Positions 1 through 14,081 of a DNA stretch of 64,000 nucleotides are shown piece by piece. The position numbers and the translations under genes are program-made. Below the pieces are notes generated by a model. That model worked only from the letters and a program-made list of their open reading frames with translations, was not told where the DNA came from and ran no database searches. Every line of letters starts with the position of its first letter. Position 1 is the first letter of the stretch. The stretch comes from Camelus ferus. Taxonomy: Eukaryota. The stretch is taken from positions 55,492,001 through 55,556,000 of the forward strand of contig NC_045707.1 in NCBI RefSeq assembly GCF_009834535.1. Reading direction: 5' to 3'.

Positions 1-604
1 GCGCGCGTGCATGCGTGTGTGGTTTGTTTCTTTTCCTAAGCAATACACTGCAATACTAATTGCTCAGATGTTTACTAACATTTTGACATCAGACAGTGTA
101 TCCTCTCCTGTTTGAGTCCTAAGTTACCTCATGTGTAAAATTAATCATTTGTGCACTCATGTTGAGATACTATAAACCAGTCTACCAAAGACTAGCATAT
201 AGCACATAATGAACAAACGACAGTCCCATTCTCAGCTGCATTTAGCTCAAAAAGCATTTCAAAGAAAATTGCCTAATTGTGTTGACTTGACTTCTACTCA
301 AGATAAATTCTCTTCTCAGCCCAAATTGTTCCTGGGCACAGTCTTACTCATCCTTAGTTTGTACCCATTTTCTTTCCCACAATGAGCTTTCAATGTTTTG
401 TCAACTCCCATACATTTTTCAACCCATCCTCAAATGATGTGTTCCTATCCTCTCTAACAAAACGAGGCATGTACATTCTACCTCAAAATTCTATCTATAT
501 TTTTGCCCATCGTCAACCTCTTTCCTCAATTATCAGAAGAGCAATTGGCTCTACTAGAATCTCTCTCCTCAGAATACACTGTATCGTAAAATCATAGTTA
601 ATCG

Positions 605-913
605 TCACATCTCATTCAAATCTTTACTCAAATGTCATCTTTTCAAAGAGGTCTACTTGGATTCCCCTATTTAAAATTCAAACTCCTAACTCACAGTCTC
701 CATGATTTTCTCTTAGCATCATACTGTTTTCGTTCCATACCAGGTTATTAGCCACTGGCTAACTAGTTTACTTATTCAATTGGTCTAATGGTAGTTGTTC
801 GAGGAAAAGTGAGCTCCTTCACAGAACGGGAGTTCTTCTGCATTTGTTCAGTAAAGGTACTGGAAACAAGGTATAGATATTTAGCAAACATTCACTGGAT
901 AAATGAATGAATG
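605..913 (+). mobile_element. LINE-2 3' fragment
   Basis: ctcaaatgtcatcttttcaaagagg core and terminal taaatgaatgaatg tail typical of L2 3' ends. Confidence 0.7.
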
Positions 914-2719
914 TCTTCCTCTTAATCTACCAGCCAGTCTTTTTTCTAACCCTTGGAAAATGAAACATCTTTAAAATGTTTAGTTTAGAAAGACCTTAAA
1001 ATAGAGAAAATATATTTTTTTAAAGTATGACAAAACTAATACAAATATATTTATCTTAAAAATGTAAATAAGCTGAATTGAACTCTTTAAAATCAGGAAG
1101 GAAAGGGAAGGAGAGAGGGAGATGTGGGTGGGTGGGGAGAGAGCATGACAGATTGAGATTTCAGCTTGGAGATTAAAAATGCAAATTCTAAGCTTATAAA
1201 AAGAAGACCTATAAACCTAGGTGATTCCAAGATTAAAAAGAAAATAAGTGCAGTATTTTATGATGTTATTTAAAACAAACAAATCAGGATAGGGAGTTAT
1301 TAAAATAGTCAAATTCAAGCAAGTGGAGGGCCAGGAGGTTCCAATATTCATCTCCCCAACAAAAACAATTAAAGAAAAAAAAAACTACAAACAACTACAA
1401 ACTGATGAAAACAGCTCTGGGAAAACTGAACTACAAAGCAGCAGCAACAGTAATCCTGTAAAAATTAACAAGCAAGAATAGCCACATAGAAAAGTAAAGG
1501 ACATTTTTATGTGTGCTACTTCATTCTCTAGTCCAGAGCAGCTTGGTACCAAGAGGGATCCTCTCCAAGGGAGTTCACTCCGTAGGGAAAGGAGAGCAGG
1601 TGAACTCCAGCAAGCCTCACTGCCATGGACATTTGTAGCCTTTGCTACAGAGGAACCCCACAATCTTCAGCAACACTAAACCCAGCTGACAGAGCTTCCC
1701 AGACTCCTCAGGGCTGGAGCTGTCTTTTTTGTAGGGAGATCTGCCCACAGCTGCCCTAGCTGCTGCTGTGCCCGGCTCCTGCAAAATCAGGATGCCATAG
1801 TGCCTCACCAGCTATGGGACCACGGCTGCTGCTGCCCAGCCCCCAGGTCTCAAGTTGTGATTTCACTATTACCAGGTCTAAGATTCCACTGCTCTGAACC
1901 GCTCCCTTGGGTCTTAAGTCAGGGCTTTGACCCACCATCACCAGGCTGCGTTGGTGGAGCTCTTTGCCCCAGGCCCAGGGTTCTAACTGATGTCTACTGC
2001 ATGCCATTACCAGGGTTGCACTGCTGCTCCTCTGTGCCCTGTCCCCTAGCATCACAGTTGGGACTTGGGCCCAGTATCCTCAGGATATGGGATATACTGC
2101 TCTTGAACCCTGCCCACTGGTTCCAAGTCACTGCTGCATGCTGTTATCCTAGAACCCATGATGCTACTGCCTCCTGCCCCTGGGGCCTGAATAACTGCAG
2201 CAAGCCCCACAGACCAAGAACCCAGGTCCACAGGAGATCTGCATACTCTCACACCTCTGACACTGAGTGTAGGGCATCTGTGCTCCAGGACCAAGGAACT
2301 TCCACGGTTCTACATGTGCCTGATCTCAGGACCCTGGCTCCACTGCTGCTCTGAGTGCTAGCATGCCATATCTACCACCAAGAAGGATCTACTCAGCTAA
2401 GATGTCTTCCCACAAGCAAAAAAGGAGAACATGAGGACCCCCCCCCCATAGCACCAGCCACTAATGCCAGCCCCAGACCCTCCCCAGTCTTGACCACAGA
2501 AGAGCCCACAGTCTTTGCTGATGTTGACCTCAGTAGAGCGAGCTGCAGAAACTTTACCACTGTGCCCTCCCAGGAATGCTCTGACTGCACTCCTCCCAGC
2601 TGGCACCCTCACAGCCACCTTCCCCACTAAAGCCAGGCTGAGAAGACTGAAAGAGGCAACTTCTCCTCAAATGCACAGATATCCAGGCAAAGCCATCAGA
2701 AACACGAAAAAGCAAGGAA

Positions 2720-3082
2720 ACATGACACTACAAAGCAACAAAATTTTTCAGTAACTGAGCACCAAAAAACAGAGACCTTGAGTTACTGAAAAAGAATTCA
2801 AAATAATTGTGTTAAGGAAGCTCACTGAAATTCAGGAGAACACAGACAATTCAACAAACTCAGAAAAACAATGCATGAACAACATGAGAAGTTCAGCAAA
2901 GAGACAGATACCATAAAAAAGGAACAAAACAAATTTAGGACCTCAAGTATACAATGAATAAAATTAAAAATGCAATAGAGAGTTTCAACAGCAGGATCAA
3001 TCAGACAAAAGAAAGAATCTGCAAAATTGAAGACAGATCTCCGGTCAAAGGAGAGAAAAAGTAATAGAAATGAAAAAGAGTG
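2720..3082 (+). pseudogene. First, truncated L1 ORF1 (N-terminal/coiled-coil half only)
   Basis: aaagaattcaaaataattgtgttaaggaagctcactga..aacaatgcatgaac parallels 4643-4700; stops at aaatgaaaaagagtg. Confidence 0.85.
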
Positions 3083-3379
3083 GTATTCTGATCAAGGCAT
3101 TGACAGAAGAGGCTCCTGAAATCACCTTCCCCCATGACCACACTGCATGTACAGTTAAATATGCAACAATTACCTGTGAAATCCGAACTAGCTGAGCCTA
3201 CTCCTACACATCAGGTGAATGAGAAAAAAAAAATCATATTGAAATGGGTAAGAGAGGTTGAGACACAATTGGGAAGGAAACTGTAACTTCCAGTTTCTCC
3301 CTGAGGGAAAGGTTTGGACTACAAATCTGACTTCCCAACTTTCAAGATTTCCCCGAGAGATAGGATCCCAAGACATCTA

Positions 3380-4400
3380 GCTCTGCAGGCCAACAGGGCT
3401 TGCATCCATGAGACAACAATGCTATAGTGAGCTAAGAAACAGTTTTTAAAAAGACTTGCAAGGACTCACCACAGTTTTCTCCCCAGGGTTCATTGAGAGG
3501 CATCCAACTGAAATGCCCAGTTTTTCTTTTGAAAGAAGCCTATTTACATGTCTTAAAAGCTGCAGCCTGAATAGCAGGCTTATGATTTAATATGTAAAGC
3601 TGACTGTACTTACTCTCCAGAGACAGACGCTAGCAGGTACCAACTTCATGCTCTTTCTCTGTCACACTCCAGACAGCCAGATAGAAGTTTGTGCACATGT
3701 CTGATGCTCCAGGGTGTGCATCCCTAGATCACCCAGCTCTGCTGACCAGTGGAGATAATACATATCTGAGTCCCATAGGAGTTTAACAAACCGAAACAGT
3801 TCCTAATTGGCTATTCCTCCCTCCCCTCGACCAGGTGCACAACACAGAGGCAGCACGCTGAAACGCCAAGACTTTCTGTAAAAGAAGCAGATTTGCAGGT
3901 CTTAAAAGCTGCATACTCAGGGCAGGCTTCTAAATTAACACACACCTAGGGGCTGACTGAAATCCTCCCTAGAGACCAAGAAGGCCAGCAGATGCCATCT
4001 TTGTGCTCTCCCTCTGCCCGCCCCAGGTTGCAGGTGTCTCTTTGAAAGGAGTCCGTGCATGTGTCTGGCACCCCAGCTTTTCTGGCTTCCACCCAGAGTA
4101 CACAGACCTTGATTGTCTGGCTCTAGTGGCCAACAGGGCTTGTATTCATGGGTTCACTGGGATCATAGCAAACCAAAAAAACCAGTTCTTAACTGGCTTC
4201 CCCCTCAAGGCTCAGTATAAATGGTGCAGGCAGAAAAGCCAAGCTCCCAGTCTTCCCTTGAAAAAGGTACATTTGCATACTATAAAATCTGCTGCCTGAG
4301 GGTCTGGGTTCTGATAAGCCTACATCTAAGTGCTGACAGATGTTTCCCCTTGGGATATTGACAGGTCTTGGCACACAGTCAACTATAGGAACCACTAAGA
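3380..4400 (+). repeat. Three degenerate ~350-380 bp monomers in the second L1 5'UTR
   Basis: tcttaaaagctgca at ~3551 and ~3900, tataaaatctgctg at ~4281; ggccaacag(g)gggcttg at ~3388 and ~4128. Confidence 0.75.
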
Positions 4401-4549
4401 AAAAAGAAGTCTGCTTGGATAATCAAAGGTTTGAGAGACAATCAAGAGCGAGGGCAGAATTCAATAATAAGGTCCATTTCCTACAAGGGCCACTCATTTA
4501 AGACTAGGGGAGATGACTATTTTATCTAATTCACAAAAAGTCAAGAAAA

Positions 4550-5467
4550 ATGCAGAACCATAGGAATATGTTCCAAACAAAAGAACAAAATAAAACCCTA
4601 GGAAAAGATATTAATAAAAGCAATCTAAGTGATTTACCTGACAAAGAGTTCAAAATAATAGTTGTAAAGATGCTCACTGAGGTCAAGAGAACAATGCATG
4701 AAAAAAGTGAGAATTTCAACAGTCAGAAAATTTAAGAAAGTACCAAACAGAAATCACAGAATTGAAGAATAAAATAATTGATCTGAAAAATTCAACAGAG
4801 GGGTTCAAGAGTAGACTAAATGAAGTGGTAGAAAAAAAAATCAGTTAACTTGAAGACAGGGCAGTGGAATTCATGCAATAGAGGAGCAAAAAGACAAAGG
4901 AGTGAAAAAAAAGGGTGAAGATGGCTTAAAAGATTTAAGGGACAACATCAAGATAACCAATATTCACATTGTAGGGATCCAAGAAGGCAAAGAGAGAAAA
5001 GGGACAGAAAACTTCTTAGAGGAAATAATGGATGAAAACTCTCCTAGCCTGGGAGATACCCAGATCCAGGAAGCCCACAGGTTCCAAATAAGATGAATCC
5101 AAAGATCCCCAGACAAAGAAACATTATAAATAAAATCTCAAAAGTTGAGGACCAGAAGAGAATATTAAAAGCAGCAAGAGAAAAACAATTTATTAAGTAT
5201 GAGGGAACCCCCATAAGACTATGAGCAGGTGTTTTCAGCAGAAATTTGCAGGCCAGAAGAGAGTGGCACAATATATTCAACTTGCTAAAAGGGAAAAAAG
5301 AAAAACAAAACAAAACAAACAAAAAAAAACTGCCAACCAAGAATACACTACTTGGCCAAGCTGTCATTCAGAATGAAGAAAAGATAATGAGTTTTTCATA
5401 CAAGCAAAAGCTGAAGTTTTTCACCACTAGACCAGACTTACAAGAAATGTTAAAGGGATTTCTTTAA
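4550..5467 (+). pseudogene. Second L1 ORF1 (full length, frameshifted)
   Basis: LPDKEFKIIVVKML, DNIKITNIHIVGIQEG, QARREWHNIFNLLK, FFTTRPDLQEMLKGFL are ORF1p motifs. Confidence 0.92.
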
Positions 5468-5964
5468 GCTGAAATGACAGGGTACTATTTAGTAACAGAA
5501 AGAAACATATGAAAGTATAAATGTCACTAGAAAAGGTAAATACATAGTTAAATTCAGAAAAATATAATGCTATCAAGGTGGTGGCTAATAATTTAGAAAA
5601 TCTATTTGAAGGTTAAAAGGCAAAAGTAGTAAAAATAACTATAAATATAGTAGGTTATCAATGAACATACAAGAAGGAGATGCAAATTGTGATATCAAAA
5701 ACATAAACAAGGGGGGAGTAAAAAGTGTATCTTCAGAATGTGTTTGAATGTAAGTTGTTATCAGCTTAAAATATGTTGTTATCACCTTAAGATGATGGTT
5801 TATGTGAGCCTTATGGTAACCACAAGGCAGACAGCTATAGGAGATATACACATTTAAAGAGAAAGGAATCTAAGCCTACCACTAAGGAAATCAATAAATC
5901 ATTAAGAAAGAGAGTTAAAGAAGGAACAAAGTAATTACAAAACATCTAGGAAACAATTAACAAG

Positions 5965-8620
5965 ATGGCAGTAAGTCTATACCTAACATTAATTAGTTAA
6001 AATGTAAATGGACTCAAGTCTCAAATAGGAGACACAGAATGGCTGAATAAACACATGAAAAACAAGATCCAACTATTTCTGCCTTCAAGAGACTCACTTC
6101 AAATGTAAGGACACACATAGACTGAAAATGAAGAAATAGAAAATGATAGTCTATGCAAATGGAAAGCAAAAGAAAGCTGGGGTAGTTATATCAGACAAAA
6201 GAGACTTAAAGAAAAATACCGTAATAAGAGACAAATAAGGCTATTATATAATGATAAAGGTGTCAATCCAACAAAAGGATATAATATTTGTAAATATTTA
6301 TGCATCCAACATATAAGCACCTAAATATATAAAGCAAGTATTACAGGCCTTATAGGAGAAACAGACATCAGTACAATAATTGTAGGGGACTTTAATACCC
6401 CCACTTAATCAATGTATAATCACCCTGGCAGAAAAACAATAAGAAAACATTAGACTTAGACTACACGTTATACCAGATGGATTTAACAGACATTTACAAA
6501 ACATTCCATCCAAAAGCAACAGAATACACATTCTTCTTAAGTGCCAATGGAATATTCTCCAGGATAAATCATATTCTGAGCCACAAAAAAGGTCATAAAT
6601 TTAAGAAGATTGAATTCATATCAGACATCTTTTCCAATCACAGTGATATAAAACTGAAATCAATTATAAGAAGAAAACTGGAAAATTCAAATAGGTGGAG
6701 ATTAAACAATATGCAACTGAGCAACCAACAGTCAAAGAAAAACAGAAGAGAAATAAAAAATATCTTGCACAAATGAAAATACAACATATCAAAACTTACA
6801 GAATGCAGTAAAAGCAGTTCTAAATGGAAACTTACAGCACTAAACACCTACAGTAACAAACAAGAAAGATCTCAAATAAAAAAACCTAGTTTTACATTCA
6901 AGGAACTAGAAAATGAAGAATAAACTAGGACCACAATTAGAAGGAGGAAGGAAATAAAAGAGTGGAAATAAGTGAAATAGAGACTGAAGACAATAGAAAA
7001 GACCAGTGAAACTAAGCTTTTGGGGGGGGGGGGAGAAACAAATTTGGCAAAACTTTAGCTAGATTCACCAAAAAGAAAGAGGGAGGACTCAATAAAATTA
7101 GAGAAGACATTACAACTTATGGCACATAAATACAAAAGAACTCAGTGGCTGCTATGAACAGCTATATGCCAACATTTTGGAACTGGATAAATTCCTAGAA
7201 ATATACAACCTATGAAACTGAATCATGGGTGGGGGGGGATCTGAACAGATGAATTACTAGCAAGGAGACTGATTATTGAGTCAAAGTCCTCCCAACAAAC
7301 AAAAACAAAAGTTCAAGACTAGATGGCTTCACTGGTGAATTCTACCAAGCTTTTAAAAAAGAGTATCAATTCATCTCAAATTCTTTCAATAGATAAAACA
7401 GGGACACTTCTATACTTATTTTATAAGGCTGCATTACACTGATACTGAAGGCAGATAAAGAAACCACAAGAAAAGAACATGAGAGGCCAGTATCTCTGAT
7501 GAACACAGATGCAAAAATTGTTAACAAAATACTATTAAATTGAATTCAGGGGCACATTAAAATAATCATACACTATGATCAAGCAGGATATATCCCTTGG
7601 ATGCAAGGATGGTTCAACACACACAAATCATTAAATGTTATTTACCACATTAACAGAATGATGGACAAAATACATATGATTATTTCAATAGATACAAAAA
7701 TTGATAAAGTTCAACTTTTTCATAATAAAAACTCTCAACAAGTTAGGCATAGAAGAAAGGTACTTCAATATAATAAAGGTCATAATAAAGACTATAGCTA
7801 ATATCATATGTAGTGGCGAGTTTTCGAGCCTTTCCTCTGAGATAAGTAGCAAGACAAGAATGCTTGCCCTCAGCATGTCAATAAACATAGTATTGCAATC
7901 TAGTTCCAACAATTAGGCAAGAAAAAGAAATAAAGAGCATCCATATAAAAAAGAAAGAAGTAAAATTATCTTTGTATCTGATATATTATATACAGAAAAC
8001 CTTATAATATTCCATCAAAAACTTTTTAGAACCAATAAAAAATATGATCTAAGAAAAATTAAGAAAACAATCTCATTTACAATCACATTAAAAACAGTAA
8101 AACAATTAGGAATAAATTAACCAATGAGTTGAAAGACCTGTACACTGAAAACTGTAAGATATTGATAAAGGAAATTAAGGAAAACACAAATAAATGTAAA
8201 GGTATTGTCTGCACTTGAACTGGAAGAATTTAAATTGTTGACATTTCTATACTACCCAAAGTGATCTACAGAGTCAGTACAGTCCCTACCAAAATTCCAA
8301 TGGCATTTTTCACAGAATCAGAGCAAACAATCCTAAAATTTGTGTGGAACAGCAAAAGACCTTGAATAGCCAAAGCAATCTTGAAAAAGAAGAACAAAGC
8401 TTGAGGCACCACACTTCCTGATTTCAAACTGTATTACAGACCTGTAGTATTCAAACAGGACAGTACTGGCCTATAACAGGCATGTAGACAAGTGGAACGG
8501 AATAGAGAGCCCAGAATCAAACCCACAAATACACAGTCAGCTAATTTTTGCCAGGGATATCAAGAACACACGACAGGTAAAGGACAGGCTCTTCAATAAA
8601 TGATACTGGGGAAACCGGTT
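5965..8620 (+). pseudogene. L1 ORF2 (endonuclease + reverse transcriptase), disrupted, C-terminus deleted
   Basis: Starts atggcagtaagt..aatgtaaatggac; EN motif gtaggggactttaatacccc (VGDFNTP); gatggcttcactggtgaattctacc (DGFTGEFY); many stops and frameshifts. Confidence 0.92.
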
Positions 8621-8939
8621 TTTCACAAGGCTGAGGGGATAGGGAAATTGGGAGATGTAAGTCATAGGGTACAAACGTCCAATTGTAGGAAGAGTAAGTT
8701 CTAAGGAGCTAATGTATACTTGAAAGTTGCTGAGAGCTGATCTTCTTAAGTGTTCTTATCATACATAGGAAAAAAGTTAACTGTATAAGGTGATGGATGC
8801 ATTAATTACTTTGATCTTGATAATCAATCCATTGTGTGTGTGTATAAAATCGTCACACTGTACATTTTAATGATACAATATATTTGCCAGTTGTTTCTCA
8901 ATAAATTTGGGGAAAACAGTTGACTTAATGTCAAAAAAG

Positions 8940-11400
8940 CATTATAAAAGGTTAAAAAGGGAATTTATGAGGTTAAAGAGGGTTGTTAGAGTATTTGCGG
9001 TCTAAGAATAACAAAGTCAGTATTATAAAAGAAAAACTGTGGAAGAAAAGGAATATTAGAAGATCCGTAGTATGAGGGAACTGAAGTCATTATTTAGTCT
9101 AGAAGGTAAGTGGATAAATAATACCAATGGGAATAATAATCAAAAGCAAAGACAGAAGGGCTAATAAACAAAATAAATGTGATAGGTCTCATTGAAACAT
9201 TCTGAACTCTACATGTGGAAAGATACTCCCTACCTTCTCATAAAACATAAACATGATCAGAATACAAAAAGGCTCCACAGATCCCCAAATACAAATATTG
9301 TACCAATATTATTATCTGATTAAAGTAAAAGGAAACTAAAAAAATTTTAAATCAAAATCAGAGAACCAAAATACCCTATCAAATCAAAATTAATATATCT
9401 TTCTTTAAACAATCCTTTACCAAAGAAGCAAATAAAATCAAAAGTTTATAAAGTCTAGAAAATATTTAAATGAAGATAGTCTATGTTGAAACCTATATGG
9501 TACAACGAACACCATATTAAGATAATTCATAGCTACAAATTTTATGTCAATAAAAATAAATAATTACGACGATCTGATTCAAAACATTAGAAAACAAATT
9601 AAGCCAAAGAAAACCATAAGAAGTAATTTTTTTATGATAAAAGCAGAAATTATTTATAAACCTGAAAAGATATAACCAATAAAATTGAAAGCTATTTTTC
9701 AAAATAACCCCATCATCAACAAACTACTAACCAACCTAGTCATGAAAAAAGGTTAAAGAACAAATCCCCCAAATTTAAAAATATTGAATTAAAAAAAGAG
9801 ATAAAAGTAGAAAAACCACAAAAATTCTTTGCTCATTAATAAAATAAATTGGAAATCCTGGATAAAACAAAAATTTTTCTAGAAAAATGGAAACTGACTG
9901 CATTTGCAATAAAACCCTAAATGTGGCAATTCTCACAGAAGAAATAATGTTGGTAAAATGAGATCTCCCTCTAAAAGCACTAGGAATAGATGGTTTTACA
10001 TGAAAATATTATAAAATCCTTAAAAAGTAGACCATTTCAAAGCTAGTTAAACTCTTCACCATAGATTAAAAACGAAACACCCAAATTCTCTTTTTTCAAA
10101 GCAAGCCTAACACAGGTACCAAAACTTGCCAAGTACTCCATAACAATACTACAATCTATATCACGTATGAACTATAATGAGACATTCATTATAAAATATT
10201 TGTAAACAGAATTCATGAGATTATCATAAGAGTAATATATTGTTTCTAAGAGAATTCTATTCTAAACATAAGGATTGTTCAGAATTATACTAGCTATTAA
10301 TATAATTTAACATATTAATAACCCTAAGGAGAAATGTCATACTGCCATAGATGTTAATGAAATATAAAAATACTTAATAAAATAGTAATTTATAGATACT
10401 TTCTTAAAATGGCAAAATATATTGATCTTAGCTCAAAAGGCTTAATGGAAAACCACTAAAAAATTTTCCTGGCAAAGTAAAGGACAAGATAAGGCTGTCC
10501 TCCATCACATTAGTATTTAACATTATACTTAAGCCATTGACCAAAATATTTTGATACAAGAAAAACTGGAGGTGTAAGATTTGAAATAAGGTGACCTTAC
10601 TAATTTAAAGATGATATGATTGAATACCTGTAAAACAGAAGAGAATCAACAAATATTCTATAAGAAATAAAGTACCTTACAATAATACAGCATAAAATAT
10701 TAATATGCATAAATAAGTAGCACTCAAATAAAATAGTTCGAACCATGCTGAACAATTGTTTTGCTCGTCAAAATCTGTAAAAATATCAGCAGTTCAATTA
10801 ACCACTACCAACAGCAACCAGTAAAAAAGATGTAATAATAAAAAGTTATGAGAGAAGAAAAGACCACACTTAACAAGGGTACAAAAAAAGGCACAGTACC
10901 TACAAAAAACTTCACTAGAAATGAATACATAAGGTCTTTGACTAGAAACTTTAAAACATCCGTGAAGGAAGAAGACTCAAACAATTTAAAGTGTAATGTG
11001 ATTGTCAACTAAAACAATTATTTTTTAAGACTAAACAGGTTATTCTTAGTATCAGATGGAAAATTAATATGAATAACCAGGAAAATTCTTTACAAAAAGG
11101 TCAATGAGGGCTACTAACCCACTAATATAAAATAAAATATAAAACTTTTATAATTAAAATAAGTACATTAATAGACATTGGAGTAGAAGAAAACACAGAA
11201 ATACACACACACGCATATACATGATATTTTAATACATGAGAATGCTTGGATCTCCAATTAGGAAAGAAAAAACAGCTCATTCTATAAAAGGTTTTGGGAA
11301 AACTGGGTAACTATCAATACCAAAATATATTTGGAACTGTATTCATATCATAGATTAGAAAAAAACTCACAATGAATCAAACACTAAAATGTCAAAGCTT
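8940..11400 (+). mobile_element. Older, highly diverged L1 (L1MC/ME-like) ORF2 remnant
   Basis: A-rich with ORF2-like landmarks (aaagcactaggaatagatggttttaca, ggacaagataaggctgtcc, agatgatatgattgaatacc, gggaaaactgggtaact) in colinear order. Confidence 0.75.
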
Positions 11401-11989
11401 AACAATGGCATCTGGGATAGCTATGACATGAATGACCATAGCTTCTCTTATAAAACCAGAACGACCTAATTAGAGAATCCAATTTCCTAAGTCTTGATCC
11501 ACTGGACACATCTGAACATTTTACAGCTGTTCATTTCCATTTGAAATCCTCCAGTCTCTGGCTTCAGGGACTTCAGGGTTCAATACAGACTCGGGCCAGG
11601 CAGACTGATACTTGTTCATGATGCCAATATAAGAACACCAAAATGTCAATGAGTAAGTGATGAGAAGAAAAATGAATTCCCGAGACATTTCCTAGGTATA
11701 TTATTGATTAAACTGCTTGAGTCTGAGGGAAATTCTTCCTTGATTCACCTATAAACACTGTTTTATGAAGGTAGATCTTTTTTTTAACTTCAAGGTTTTT
11801 GTTTTGCTGAAGGTTACGCAAACTGAGGAATGCCTTTTTCCACCATCTCCCATGCAAGTGTTTAGCCTCTTCTCTGAATAAATGAGAAATAGCCAGTTAC
11901 AGAGTGATGTTGGAATGGACACCCCAGCTATTGGCTTGTACTGCTGACACTAAATCTTCAGATCTCCCTGGTTCTTTAAAAGCTTCATC

Positions 11990-12190
11990 CCTGGGGTCTT
12001 TCATGTCCTTAAATATTATTGTTTATCCCACTCAGATCCTCCCCTTCAGAGATCTCATCTACTCTGCCAATTCAAAAATAAAATATATAATCTGATAACT
12101 CCAAAACCTATAAAAATTATATCTTTAGGCTAGAAAATCTTTGGCTCCAGACCATTATTATCAATTTCCTATAAATTGATGCCTCAAGTC
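11990..12190 (+). mobile_element. L2 fragment
   Basis: gatctcatctactct..ctgataactccaaa..ctccagacc motif order. Confidence 0.5.
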
Positions 12191-12207
12191 AAGAGACAAC
12201 CGCAAGA

Positions 12208-12415
12208 AGGCAGTCTAACCTAGTAGTTAAGAGCATTGGAGCCAGACTGCCTGGGTTCAAATCCCAAGTCAGCCAATTACTAGATACGCGATCCTGCAGA
12301 AGTTGCTCAGTATTCACTGTGGTCCCATTTCTCCAGATTGTTAAATTATTTAATATTTGTAAACCATGTAGTACAGGGTATAAGACAGAATAAGAGCTGT
12401 TTAAGTGTTAAATGA
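12208..12415 (+). mobile_element. MIR SINE
   Basis: tagtagttaagagcattggagccagactgcctgggttcaaatccc. Confidence 0.85.
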
Positions 12416-12429
12416 GTAAAAATAATAAT

Positions 12430-13030
12430 AAATGAGGGAGATTTACAGTGGGGATGTTCCCAATAGGACATCCAGGGAACTTATCCATGTGCTTCATTAG
12501 AAAGCCAACATCCATCACTCAGGACTTTGATGACTTTTCAGCCTTAACTGGGAAACTAAGGCAGTTGACATAAAAGACAGTATGCTCACGCAAGCCCAAT
12601 AAAGACACTCTTATCCCTTTACTCTGCATCTCTTCCTAGAGCAAGTAGAGGCATAAAAGCGTAAGATAGATGGTGGGGAGGTGTCCTAGAAAGACAGAGT
12701 ATCACTTTCCATTTGACTCCCGGTGATAGTAAGGAAACTAGAGAGCAGACCACACTTCCTTCCCCACTCCAAGTTCTCTGGCCCCAAACCAGGCCTGCAC
12801 AGTGATGGGAAGAGGATATGAGATTAGAGTTGTAAACTAGACTAGACTTTTTAATAAGTTACAGTAGAGAGAAGTTACAGAATCTGCCTGAGACGTCATT
12901 AAGAGATCTGCTACCCAGCAGGGAAGGAAGATCTAACATTGCACAGTTGGGAGCACTGATTAGAGAACGTATAAATCCTTTTCAAGTATGTACCCTACAA
13001 AGGTCAGAGTCTCCAGTAAACCAGTTATAC
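12430..13030 (+). mobile_element. Ancient LTR fragment (MamGypLTR-like)
   Basis: Resembles the 3' half of 39688-40860; ends cagtaaaccagttatac. Confidence 0.4.
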
Positions 13031-14081
13031 TACATATAGCTATAAAGAGCTTTGACATGTGAGAGGCAGGCTGTGGCACTCGAATGGCTCTGGTTGGAAA
13101 AACTGCAAAATTTAAAATATTTATATCCAGTCAAAAAAAAATCAGTAACTTCTGACAGAAACCAGGAGTCACTTAAAATGGCTTATACTATAACTGATTT
13201 TATTGCCATTATGGTAAAAGTCTAATATTAAAAATGACTCTTTTCTTTCCAATGTAATTTCATTAAACTCAGGAATTTCTACAGACAATATGTCTTAACA
13301 CACACAGTCATACACATATGTAGGCAAAAATCAGAAATTAAGTCATATTTTTAGCAGAGTAAAAATTATGTTCTGAAATATTCTCTTCGTTTATTGTTTC
13401 ATATGAATTAGATGCATAAGGAGGATACAAATGAAAGTGATAAACAAGGTAGGCAATAAAGAAAGAGTGGAAAACCATCTCCACGGTGCTGTTTGAAGAA
13501 TGCCGAAACATCTACAGCTGCAGAAGCATATTTTGCCCATTCCACTTACTGACTAATTAATTGACGTTCTCATCCTTCAATGTTGCTATTACCACCACCC
13601 TGGGATTACACTGATAAAGCTGGAGTGAGGGAGGCATTATTTCAAAAAGATAAATTAAATCAGGTTGTCACCATATAAAACACTTAGCACCGTAACAAAC
13701 ATTAGATATAGGTAGCAAACATTCAATATATGTAATTTTTGGGCTATTATTATAACCTCTGGGATGGGAGGAGCTTACACATTTCCATCAAAGTCCATTA
13801 GTTTAATAGTTTTGATAGTTGAGACTATTGCTTTCCTGAAGAACTATAAAAGAGAATGAAAACTCTCAATTTTAGATGAATGAAAGAGGAAAGAACAGAG
13901 AGCAGACTCGTGGGACAACACAAGGATGTTAACAACTAGATCACAAATGATCACCTGCAAAGATCAAGTCTTTGGGGGATCACAGCCAAAAGGAAAGGAA
14001 GATCCAGCTAGTTTTTTCTCCACTTAAGAGATTTTACCAAAGTAGCTTTGCTCTTCAACTTAATTTGATAACAACATCAAT

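Larger units (their letters stand above)
1322..8917 (+). mobile_element. Near full-length decayed LINE-1 (L1MA9-like 3' end) with duplicated 5'UTR/ORF1 head
   Basis: GC-rich 5'UTR, ORF1 fragments (4550-4735, 4902-5096, 5246-5467), ORF2 EN/RT fragments ([39 protein letters not shown]), L1MA-type 3'UTR ending ctcaataaatttggggaaaa. Confidence 0.95.

Noticed and set aside
1385..2754. Cluster of overlapping ORFs, including 184 aa at 1800-2354
   Set aside because: All lie in the GC-rich L1 5'UTR, where stops are rare; no recognisable protein
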